From Chloroherpeton thalassium (GTDB taxonomy: Bacteria; Bacteroidota; Ignavibacteria; Kapaibacteriales; UBA2268), in contig DYPF01000006.1 in assembly GCA_020720105.1 (NCBI GenBank), forward strand, positions 1-40,413: DNA of 40,413 bases, in the 5' to 3' direction. The notes beneath the pieces are model-generated. The model ran no database searches. It had not been told where the DNA came from and was given only the letters and a program-made list of their open reading frames with translations. Within the stretch, counting starts at the first letter, position 1, and the number at the start of each line of letters is the position of its first letter. Both the position numbers and the translations under genes were made by a program. Positions 26,635-35,054 of this stretch are shown here, piece after piece.

Positions 26635-28590
26635 ATGAAATCTACTCAGAAAATACAGCAACTATTGTCGCTTGATACTAAAATTATTATTCAAAAATTA
26701 TTTGGTATTTTGATAAAACCTATTTATACAAAAATACATAATGAAAATAAATTTATCAAACCTTATTTAGAAAAAAAATTAAATTACACAATAAATTATG
26801 ATGAGATTAACTTTCCTGAAAATGCTTTCTTTATAAATAAATATGAAGAAAGTGATATATCAAATATACTTCAACATAAATTTGATTTGCTTGGAAGCAA
26901 TCTTACACAAGTTTCTTATTCAAATACTTATCCTGGATTTGAGGGCTACAAATATGATTTTCCATTTGAATATACAAGTACAAATGAATTAGTTGATAGG
27001 TTTGTTAATGATGAATTCAAGAATTCTTCAAAACAAATATTGAATAATTTGACCAAAGAATACAAATTAATTGATTGGTTTATTGATTTTAAATCGGGCT
27101 ATAGATGGGATTCTCAACTTAATCATAAGAATATTAAAATAGGTGATATCCTTGGATCTGACATAAAAGTACCATGGGAATTATCGCGATTGCAGCACTT
27201 GCACATATTAGCAGATTATTTTCTTAAAAACAGGTATAAAGTAGAAATTTTAGAAGAAATTCAAAATCAGTTATTAGATTTTATAGCATTAAACCCACCT
27301 TTTTATGGTCTAAATTGGAAATCACCGATGGAAGTTTCCATAAGATCATTTAATATTATATTACTTATTATCTTATTAAGAAAAAATAAGATATATTTTG
27401 AAAGACCTATACAATCTATTATTGATGATTATCTATTTTTATCTTTGAAATTTATAGAAAACAATAATGAATGGAATTCTGGTTTAAGAAATAATCATTA
27501 TTTTGTTAATCTTCTTGGTCTACTTTCCTTAAAATTAGTCTTCCAAGAAAAGTTAAATAACATTAAAAGTCAAATCACTGCAGAAGTACTTGCTCAATTT
27601 AATGAAGATGGGAGTAATTTTGAAGGTTCAATCCCGTATCATTTTTTTACTTTTGAAGCGTTGCAGTGGATGCTGATAATTTTACCTGAAATGTATTTGT
27701 ATTTATCAACGCATAATGATGTTTATAATAGATTATCTAAAATATTTCAATTTTCTAATCATTTTAATAATAATTATAATAATTTATTACAGATAGGTGA
27801 TAATGATTCAGGTATTATTACAAATTATCATAACAATATAATAAATCATAGATTTAACAAAGATTTATACTCTTATAGTGATAATAATTTTGAAATATTA
27901 TCTAAAGATAGTTATAAATACAATATATTTAGGGACATAGGAATTATTTTGATAGATAATCAAAAAATAAATTTTGCTATATCATTAGGGAGGAATTCTC
28001 AGTTTGGTAAAGGTGGTCATAATCACAATGATAAATTTTCATTTGTAATGAATTACAAAAATTATCCAATATTTGTTGATCCAGGATCATATACCTACAC
28101 AGCAATCCCTGAATTAAGAAATCAATATCGTTCAGCAAGAATGCACAATACAATGTACTATGAGCGCATCGCTAAGTATTCACTCAACAAATCATCTCTC
28201 TTTTGGCTAAAAGATTACTCGGTTGAGTATAAATTTAATTCATCTGATGATGAATGTAAAATCAAATTATTTGATAAAAAAAGGAAACAATCAAGAATAT
28301 TTGATGTTTCCGAATCTAATATTTTGATAACTGACGAGATTTTTACAAATAGAGATAATGCCGAACTCAATTTTTATTTCCACCCAAGTATTCAAATCAA
28401 AAAGATAAATGATAATTTAGTTGAAATTCAGAAGAATGAATTGAAAATTCACTTCATTTCCGATGAAATTATCGAGGTTACTGATTATTATTACTCTCAT
28501 TCTTATGGTAGTAAAGTTATTGCGAAATCAATCAACATAAAATTATCAAAAAATGTTAATAAGAATATTACTAAAATCGTCTTTGACTAA
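26635..28590 (+). CDS. Heparinase II/III-like family protein (no signal peptide)
   Basis: GGHNHNDKFSF resembles the GHxHxDxLSF motif of the Hepar_II_III domain. NNHYF and an N-terminal helical toroid-like region are present. Size matches cytoplasmic heparinase II/III-like proteins of polysaccharide loci. Confidence 0.55.
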   Translation: MKSTQKIQQLLSLDTKIIIQKLFGILIKPIYTKIHNENKFIKPYLEKKLNYTINYDEINFPENAFFINKYEESDISNILQHKFDLLGSNLTQVSYSNTYPGFEGYKYDFPFEYTSTNELVDRFVNDEFKNSSKQILNNLTKEYKLIDWFIDFKSGYRWDSQLNHKNIKIGDILGSDIKVPWELSRLQHLHILADYFLKNRYKVEILEEIQNQLLDFIALNPPFYGLNWKSPMEVSIRSFNIILLIILLRKNKIYFERPIQSIIDDYLFLSLKFIENNNEWNSGLRNNHYFVNLLGLLSLKLVFQEKLNNIKSQITAEVLAQFNEDGSNFEGSIPYHFFTFEALQWMLIILPEMYLYLSTHNDVYNRLSKIFQFSNHFNNNYNNLLQIGDNDSGIITNYHNNIINHRFNKDLYSYSDNNFEILSKDSYKYNIFRDIGIILIDNQKINFAISLGRNSQFGKGGHNHNDKFSFVMNYKNYPIFVDPGSYTYTAIPELRNQYRSARMHNTMYYERIAKYSLNKSSLFWLKDYSVEYKFNSSDDECKIKLFDKKRKQSRIFDVSESNILITDEIFTNRDNAELNFYFHPSIQIKKINDNLVEIQKNELKIHFISDEIIEVTDYYYSHSYGSKVIAKSINIKLSKNVNKNITKIVFD

Positions 28591-28604
28591 ACAATAATAT
28601 CGTA

Positions 28605-29690
28605 ATGAAATATCTATATATCTATATTGCCAAAAAATTTATATCAACTTTTATCTTTTCAATTATTTCTTTATCACTAATTTTTATCGTAGTTGATTTA
28701 TTTGAGCATTTAGACGACTTTTTAGATAGAAATGCTTCTTTGTTGATTATTGGAAAATATTATATATTCTATATTCCATCTATCCTTAAAATATTATTTC
28801 CAATTGCAACTTTGTTGGCAACTCTTTTTTCTATTGGCAATTTATCTAATACAAATGAAATAACTGCAATGAAATCAGGTGGATTAAGTCTATACAAGTT
28901 ATTTATTCCACTTATGATTCTTACTTTGTTCATTACAGTAATTCAATTAGCTTTTGCTACTCATTTGTCCCCGATGACGAACAAATATAAAACTGAATTA
29001 GAAAAAAGCGCCTTAGGAAAAAGTAATGACAAAGTTTATTTGTCCCAAATTTATTTAAGAGATAATCCACATAGGATAGTTTTAATTAGAGATTATAATG
29101 CTCAACTTCATAATGGATATAATATGCAAATCTTTGATTTTAATCAAGATTTAACTAATCCTAGAATTGCTAAATCGGCATCAGCAATTACTTTTAAATG
29201 GGACTCAACTAATAAATCATGGCAACTTAATTCAGTAATACAAAGACTAATACAAGCAAGAAAGATTAAAGAAACAAGAATTAATGATACAAACATTACT
29301 TTTACATTCTCGAATAATGACTTAGCAAGAATGTCGACAAAAATTGAAGAAATGAATATAAATGAATTATACAAATTTCTTGAATTTAGGCAAAAAGGTG
29401 GTGAAGACATCCAAAAAGAACTAACTGAATTCTATGGAATTATAGCATTTCCTTTTGCAAATATTGTTGTTTTACTTTTTGGAATTCCATTTGCATCAAT
29501 TAAAAAGAGAGGCGGAATGGCTGTCCAAATAGGTGCAGCATTAGTTGTTTCGTTTACATATCTAATTTTTACAAAAATTGGACAAACTATAGGTTTTGCT
29601 GTAGGTATGCATCCTTTGTTATCAGCTTGGATTGCCAATATTGCATTTCTGATAATTGGGTTAATTGTGCTTTTCAAAACTCCAAAGTAA
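28605..29690 (+). CDS. LptF/LptG-family (YjgP/YjgQ) LPS export permease
   Basis: N-terminal IAKKF...F...DLFEHLDDFL pattern, a 3+3 TM arrangement with a central periplasmic domain, and a length of 361 aa. Confidence 0.8.
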   Translation: MKYLYIYIAKKFISTFIFSIISLSLIFIVVDLFEHLDDFLDRNASLLIIGKYYIFYIPSILKILFPIATLLATLFSIGNLSNTNEITAMKSGGLSLYKLFIPLMILTLFITVIQLAFATHLSPMTNKYKTELEKSALGKSNDKVYLSQIYLRDNPHRIVLIRDYNAQLHNGYNMQIFDFNQDLTNPRIAKSASAITFKWDSTNKSWQLNSVIQRLIQARKIKETRINDTNITFTFSNNDLARMSTKIEEMNINELYKFLEFRQKGGEDIQKELTEFYGIIAFPFANIVVLLFGIPFASIKKRGGMAVQIGAALVVSFTYLIFTKIGQTIGFAVGMHPLLSAWIANIAFLIIGLIVLFKTPK

Positions 29691-30338
29691 ATTTAAATAT
29701 TTATAAACTTCATTCAAAGTTAGTTGTCCCTTTCCTGTTAAAGAGTTTCTGTCTAAACCACAATAAATGAATGGAGCACCTAAAAATAGTGAATAAATCC
29801 TTGAAAAAGATGACTTGTCTCCTTCAATAAATGAAATTATAGAAACTTTTGAAATACCCTGAATATCTTGATATAATTTTGTCAGAACTTTTCTATTCCA
29901 ATATTCATTAGGTTTTTCATTAAATTTTTCATTAAATACTAATTTTAATATACTTATATTATTTATATGAGATAGTTTATGAATTCTTGAAATAATCTCA
30001 GTATAATTATATAAGTCTATATTATGCTTAGAGATAATCAAGTTTTTACCATCTTCTATTATATTAATAGAATCCTCTAAAAGTTCTAAGTCAACGTCCA
30101 AGTATATATTTTCAGAATGCTTTATTAAATTAATAGTATCAACTATTTGCTTATATTCACTAATTTTTAATATTATTCTTTTATATTTCTGTAAATTATC
30201 AAGCGATAAAACGTCATTAAAATTAATATAATCCAATCGAAATTCGAGGTTCTCTACTCTCTCACTTAATTCTTCTAAATTGATATTATCAAGTGACTTA
30301 AGACTAAGACATATTTTTGATTTTATTTCGCAATTCAT
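29661..30338 (-). CDS. aroD: Type I 3-dehydroquinate dehydratase-like protein (divergent)
   Basis: Aligns by eye to Salmonella AroD as recalled from memory: KICLSL/KIIVSL, LEFRLDY/LEWRVDH, IISKHN/IMSNHD (catalytic His), LKLVF/PKIAVM (Schiff-base Lys), FSRIYSLFLGAPFIYCG/ISRLAGEVFGSAATFG. Lies downstream of aroB. Confidence 0.65.
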   Translation of the reverse strand: MNCEIKSKICLSLKSLDNINLEELSERVENLEFRLDYINFNDVLSLDNLQKYKRIILKISEYKQIVDTINLIKHSENIYLDVDLELLEDSINIIEDGKNLIISKHNIDLYNYTEIISRIHKLSHINNISILKLVFNEKFNEKPNEYWNRKVLTKLYQDIQGISKVSIISFIEGDKSSFSRIYSLFLGAPFIYCGLDRNSLTGKGQLTLNEVYKYLNLLWSFEKHN

Positions 30339-31296
30339 TGATGCTAACTCTTTTTATTATTGGATATTCGTAGTCTTTAAGAAATACAATGTCAATTTCT
30401 TTATTCGAGAGTTTTTTATCTTGGAATACTAGATCCAATTCAATCTCTGATAATTCAAAGATGAATGGTTTAATTCTCAACTTTGATATTAATTTAATCA
30501 AAGTAATTGATAATTCGGGATTTGCACCATAATAATTCTCAGCATATTTTTGCATTAAGAGCATTCCATATCCAACTGCTATTCCGTGAGGAATTTTTCT
30601 AGTTAGTTCGATAGAATGGGCAATTGTATGTCCATAATTAAGTAATTTTCTTCTACCAACATCATAGTAATCTTCCATTACAAGTTTAGTTTTATAGTGA
30701 ACTGCTTCCTTGATGATTTTCTCAATTATTATCTTAGAATTACGAATATCTTTTAATTGATTAATATTTATAAAGTTAAATAATTCTTTTGAGAACAATA
30801 AACTTATTTTTACTATTTCTAAGAGTCCAGATTTAAAGTGTTTATTTTCTAATGTATTAAGAAAATTTAGATTAATCAAAACTTGTATAGGTAAGTAAAA
30901 TGTTCCAATAATATTCTTTGTATTATTAAAGTTGATTGCATTCTTACCGCCAATTGATGCATCAGCCATTGACAATAGGGTAGTTGGAACATTAATAATG
31001 TTGATTCCTCTTTTGTAAATTGAAGCTGCAAATCCAACAGTGTCTAATAAAGTTCCACCACCGATAGCATATACTTTAGAATTACGAGATAACTTATTCT
31101 CAATAAAGAAGTTAAGTATTTTATTTATAGAATAAAATGACTTATTAATTTCACTAGAATGAAAGAGTAAAGTTTTCTTAAAAGTATTAAATTCTGGAAA
31201 TAAACTATATACTTTTTTATCAATTATTAAAACAGAATTACTTTCATCAATGTAATTAGAAATATTATCTGTATAGATTAATTCAGAAATATTCAT
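30304..31296 (-). CDS. aroB: 3-dehydroquinate synthase
   Basis: GGGTLLDTVGFAAS and TTLLSMADASIGGKNAINF motifs, plus HG.A.G metal-site residues. Confidence 0.85.
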   Translation of the reverse strand: MNISELIYTDNISNYIDESNSVLIIDKKVYSLFPEFNTFKKTLLFHSSEINKSFYSINKILNFFIENKLSRNSKVYAIGGGTLLDTVGFAASIYKRGINIINVPTTLLSMADASIGGKNAINFNNTKNIIGTFYLPIQVLINLNFLNTLENKHFKSGLLEIVKISLLFSKELFNFININQLKDIRNSKIIIEKIIKEAVHYKTKLVMEDYYDVGRRKLLNYGHTIAHSIELTRKIPHGIAVGYGMLLMQKYAENYYGANPELSITLIKLISKLRIKPFIFELSEIELDLVFQDKKLSNKEIDIVFLKDYEYPIIKRVSINELRNKIKNMS

Positions 31297-31304
31297 TAAT
31301 TTAT

Positions 31305-32342
31305 CTACTTAGTTAAAAACGAGTTGATGTCTTGAAGTACTTTTGTTGAAATAGCTTGCTTACCATCGCTAAGTGCTATGTCTGGTTGATTATGGGTTTC
31401 AATCATCAAACCATCAAAACCTAAATTTATAGCTGCAATTGATAAATCCTTCACATATTTCGAATTACCGGCAGAATGTGATGGATCGAAGATAATTGGC
31501 AAATCAGTTTTAACTCTAAGTTCAATAATGGAGTGTAAATCTGGAGTAAATCTATAAAAATCAGTAGATTGCTCGAATGTTCTAATACCACGAAGGCACA
31601 AAATAACACTTTCGTTTCCTGAATTAGTTAAGTATTGACTTGCTGAAACAAGTTCATCAATAGTTGAGCCAAATCCACGCTTTAAAATTACAGGTTTGTT
31701 ATTTTTTGCAGTTAGATAACCAATTTTCTTTAAAAACTCGAAATTAGTCATATTCCGGCTACCTATAACGATGACATCAAAATATTCATAATAGGACTGA
31801 GCTTGTTCAATGTCTAAAAATTCACTAACTGTATATAAATTATACTTCTTAGCTGTGTTATAAAATAATTCTAAGCCATCTATTCCTAAACCTTGAAAAG
31901 ATATGGGGTTAGTTCTTGCTTTAAAGATTCCACCTCGTAAAAATTTTATTCCGATATTTGAAATGTCTTTTGCTAACTCTTCTATTTGAATTGAATTTTC
32001 AACAGAACAAGGACCAGCTATCATAAACTTTTTTTTTGAAATTTCAATAGAAATTTCTGTATTTAAATTTATATTTGCAGGTTGATTGTTAAACTTTAAC
32101 TCCCTGATAATAGTATCATAAATGCTTAAAAATACCTTTTCTTTAGCTGGATTGTTAAGAAGAGAAATTATTCTATTTTTGATGGCAAGTTCGCGTGAAA
32201 TATCAGTGATATTTTCCTTACAATTTAATTTAATCTTATGAAGTTCCTCTACTAACTTACTACGATTTAGAAGATTATCAAACAACTCATTATCAATCTT
32301 ATCTATCTCTGTTCTTATTCTATTTAATTCTTCTTTGTTCAT
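31305..32342 (-). CDS. Bifunctional chorismate mutase / type I-beta DAHP synthase
   Basis: N-terminal AroQ chorismate mutase helix (LNRIRTEIDKIDNELFDNLLNRSKL), followed by a KDOPS-like DAHPS domain (IAGPCSVEN, KRG, DPSHSAG). Confidence 0.85.
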   Translation of the reverse strand: MNKEELNRIRTEIDKIDNELFDNLLNRSKLVEELHKIKLNCKENITDISRELAIKNRIISLLNNPAKEKVFLSIYDTIIRELKFNNQPANINLNTEISIEISKKKFMIAGPCSVENSIQIEELAKDISNIGIKFLRGGIFKARTNPISFQGLGIDGLELFYNTAKKYNLYTVSEFLDIEQAQSYYEYFDVIVIGSRNMTNFEFLKKIGYLTAKNNKPVILKRGFGSTIDELVSASQYLTNSGNESVILCLRGIRTFEQSTDFYRFTPDLHSIIELRVKTDLPIIFDPSHSAGNSKYVKDLSIAAINLGFDGLMIETHNQPDIALSDGKQAISTKVLQDINSFLTK

Positions 32343-33146
32343 TTAATTGAATAGTTTATTGAAATTATTTACTTTTTTTAGACTTTTTAAATTGAAATTA
32401 CTATTAACTTTATTTAATTGATGTTTAGTAAATTCGATTGATGATAATTTCATATTAATTTTTTTTCCAGTAATTAATAAATTTATCGAATTAGGTACTT
32501 TTTCACTTTGAAATTCAATCAGATTATTATAAGTCAAGGTAGTTGACAGAGAATCTGTAGTAATATTGTATTTTGTAACTGACTTATCGTTTTTGTTTAT
32601 ATCAAATTTGATTTTGATTTTATTAAAACCAGTATCAATACTAATAACATTATGATTTTCTTGAAAAATAACAGAATCAATTATTGATTCAGCTAAGAAA
32701 ATACTATTCGCTAACTCAAGTGGGTTAACTTGTTGTAAAGTAATTGAATCTAAATTATATTCAAAATACTTTTTATGCCATTTATTAATTAATCTTATAG
32801 TGTTCTTATTAATTTCAATTCTTCCAACATCTATTCCAAATGGTCCGTAAAAGTCTACAAACAAAATACTATCTTGATAAGAAACACCTCTAAACACACC
32901 TGAATATTCATCTTCATTCATAGCTATATCCAAATCTCCTTTAAACTCAAAATTACTGATATTCTTTTTCAGATTTGTATTTTGTATAGGAGTTATATTT
33001 GTTGTTGTATCAATAGATGACGGTCTTAATTTGTTTTTCTCCTCGTTTATCTTTACAGAACTACAGCTTATTGCAAAAGCAAGTAAAACAAATAAAATTA
33101 ATAATTTATTAATAAGGGAATATATTTGAAGAAATTTTAATTTCAT
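32343..33146 (-). CDS. LolB-like / DUF4292-like outer-membrane lipoprotein
   Basis: Lipobox LLAFAISC after MKLKFLQ. FEFKGDLDI...ILFVDFYGPFGIDVGRIEINKNTIRLINKWHKKYF resembles DUF4292. The upstream part of the ORF (to 33317) overlaps the PTPS gene and was trimmed. Confidence 0.55.
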   Translation of the reverse strand: MKLKFLQIYSLINKLLILFVLLAFAISCSSVKINEEKNKLRPSSIDTTTNITPIQNTNLKKNISNFEFKGDLDIAMNEDEYSGVFRGVSYQDSILFVDFYGPFGIDVGRIEINKNTIRLINKWHKKYFEYNLDSITLQQVNPLELANSIFLAESIIDSVIFQENHNVISIDTGFNKIKIKFDINKNDKSVTKYNITTDSLSTTLTYNNLIEFQSEKVPNSINLLITGKKINMKLSSIEFTKHQLNKVNSNFNLKSLKKVNNFNKLFN

Positions 33147-33194
33147 AATAAAATGTAAATAATAATAAATCGTTTTAACTAAAAACGTTTTTTT

Positions 33195-33626
33195 ATGGTT
33201 TATATTACAAGAAGGGCAGTTTTTTCGGCTGCTCATAGACTTTTCAATCCTACTTTTACTGATAACCAAAATGAACAAACTTATGACAAATGTAATAATT
33301 TGTGGGGACACGGTCATAATTATACTTTGGAAGTTACAATCAAAGGTGTTCCTAATTCAGAAACTGGTTATTTAATTGACTTAAAAGATTTGAAAGCAAT
33401 TATGAATGAAGTAATAGTTAGTAAAGTTGACCATAAACATTTAAATATTGATGTTGAAATGTTCAAGGGTGTGATAACTTCACTTGAGAATATTGCTGCA
33501 ATTTTTTGGAATGAATTATCAAAAAATCTACCAGTTGGTGAGTTGTATAGAATAAAGATTCTTGAAACTGAGAATAACTGGATTGAGTATTATGGAGAAC
33601 CTTTTGAAATTAAACGCTTTAATTAA
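33195..33626 (+). CDS. 6-pyruvoyl-tetrahydropterin synthase (eukaryote-like PTPS-I type; may also act as QueD)
   Basis: SAAHRL...KCNNLWGHGHNYTLEV (C-x5-HGH as in mammalian PTPS), DHKHLN, and LPVGELYRIKILETENNWIEYYGE. Confidence 0.8.
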   Translation: MVYITRRAVFSAAHRLFNPTFTDNQNEQTYDKCNNLWGHGHNYTLEVTIKGVPNSETGYLIDLKDLKAIMNEVIVSKVDHKHLNIDVEMFKGVITSLENIAAIFWNELSKNLPVGELYRIKILETENNWIEYYGEPFEIKRFN

Positions 33627-33652
33627 CATTGTACAATAAATATTCTAAGAAT

Positions 33653-34357
33653 ATGAAAAATTTAATAACAAAATTTAACGAAGAAGAATATTACAGTCGT
33701 GATATTTCTTTATATCCATCAATTAACAGCTTAGGTTACGAATTATACGATTCAAATGATAACAAAACCCTTTCTGTTAATGAAAAAAATGAAATGATTA
33801 TTGCCGTAGAGCAAAAAATTTCTGAAATGCTTGATATATTAAGAATTTCACGGCAAGATCCAAACAGTACGCACACGCCTTACCGAGTTGCTAAAATGTT
33901 TGTCAATGAATTATTAAGAGGTCGTTACGAAGCACCGCCACAACTTACAGTTTTCCCTAATCGTAAGCACGTGAACAACCTTATTATTAGTCAGGGAATC
34001 GATGTTATGTCACTATGCTCTCACCACTGGCAGACTATTTCTGGACGATGTGTAGTTGGATACATACCTGGTGATTTTGTTGTAGGAATTTCCAAGTTGA
34101 GTAGGGTAGTTGATTGGTTCGCTCGGCGACCTCAAATCCAAGAAGAACTTGGTGAACAAATTGCTGATTATTTACAGGAAATACTTAGACCTAAAGCACT
34201 TGGAGTTGTTATCAAAGCTAAACATTATTGTATGATTTCACGTGGAGTTGAAGAATCTGAAGAGGATACACAAATGATAACTTCTGTAATGCGTGGCTAT
34301 ATGCTTAATGATATGAGCTTGAGAAATGAATTTTTAACATTAATCAAAGATTTTTAA
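33653..34357 (+). CDS. folE: GTP cyclohydrolase I (type 1)
   Basis: LCSHHWQTISGRCVVGYIP, GISKLSRVVDWFARRPQIQEELGEQI and KAKHYCMISRG. ATG 33653 is preferred to the TTG at 33629. Confidence 0.85.
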   Translation: MKNLITKFNEEEYYSRDISLYPSINSLGYELYDSNDNKTLSVNEKNEMIIAVEQKISEMLDILRISRQDPNSTHTPYRVAKMFVNELLRGRYEAPPQLTVFPNRKHVNNLIISQGIDVMSLCSHHWQTISGRCVVGYIPGDFVVGISKLSRVVDWFARRPQIQEELGEQIADYLQEILRPKALGVVIKAKHYCMISRGVEESEEDTQMITSVMRGYMLNDMSLRNEFLTLIKDF

Positions 34358-35023
34358 TTGCAATTTCCTGATTTTCAAATTGAACAATCTTTTTGGGATA
34401 AAAATATCTTAGTTGCTGGAATTGACGAAGCTGGACGAGGATGTTTAGCTGGTCCAGTTGTAGCTGCTTCAGTAATTTTTCCAAAGAATTTTCAAAATAA
34501 TGAAATAAGCAATATCAATGATTCTAAGAAATTATCCAAAAAGAATAGGGAAGTTGCGTTTGAATTTATTATTTCCAATGCGATTTCTTATTCTTTTTCA
34601 ATAATTGACTCATCAATTATAGACAAAATTAATATTTTAAATGCTTCGCAATTAGCTATGAATCTTTCAATTAGAAGGTTGAAACAAGATGAGAATTTTC
34701 ATTGTTTAGTAGATGGTAATTATTTTCTAAATATGGAAGCAGTCGAATTCTCCACTATTGTAAAAGGAGATTCTAAGTCAATTTCCATTGCAGCTGCATC
34801 TATAATCGCTAAAGTTATTCGAGATAGATTTGTTGCAAATTATTTAGATGTGTTATTTCCAAAATATCAATTTGCAAGTCATTTGGGATATGCAACTAAA
34901 AAACATTTCGAAGCATTAGATAGTTACGGGAAAACAAGTTTTCACCGAGATACTTTCTTAAAAAAATATTACGAACAGAAAAAAATATCAACAAATACTC
35001 CAACAATCTTTGATATTTCTTAA
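34358..35023 (+). CDS. rnhB: Ribonuclease HII
   Basis: VAGIDEAGRGCLAGPVVAA and DSKKLS motifs. A TTG start directly abuts the folE stop, and there is no in-frame ATG before the catalytic motif. Confidence 0.85.
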   Translation: MQFPDFQIEQSFWDKNILVAGIDEAGRGCLAGPVVAASVIFPKNFQNNEISNINDSKKLSKKNREVAFEFIISNAISYSFSIIDSSIIDKINILNASQLAMNLSIRRLKQDENFHCLVDGNYFLNMEAVEFSTIVKGDSKSISIAAASIIAKVIRDRFVANYLDVLFPKYQFASHLGYATKKHFEALDSYGKTSFHRDTFLKKYYEQKKISTNTPTIFDIS

Positions 35024-35054
35024 TTTTGCATTTATTTTACTTAATCTTTTAGTT

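Noticed and set aside
33147-33194. Possible preQ1 riboswitch upstream of the QueD-like gene.
   Set aside because: Only 48 nt are available. The hairpin CGTTTT/AAAACG lacks the G/C-rich P1 stem and the conserved loop of the preQ1-I aptamer as I recall it. This needs an Rfam scan to be definitive.
33147-33317. 57-codon N-terminal extension of the LolB-like ORF (the track gives 32343-33317).
   Set aside because: The extension overlaps the PTPS gene start on the other strand and has no signal-peptide logic. The internal Met at 33146 gives a canonical lipoprotein signal (MKLKFLQ...LLAFAISC).
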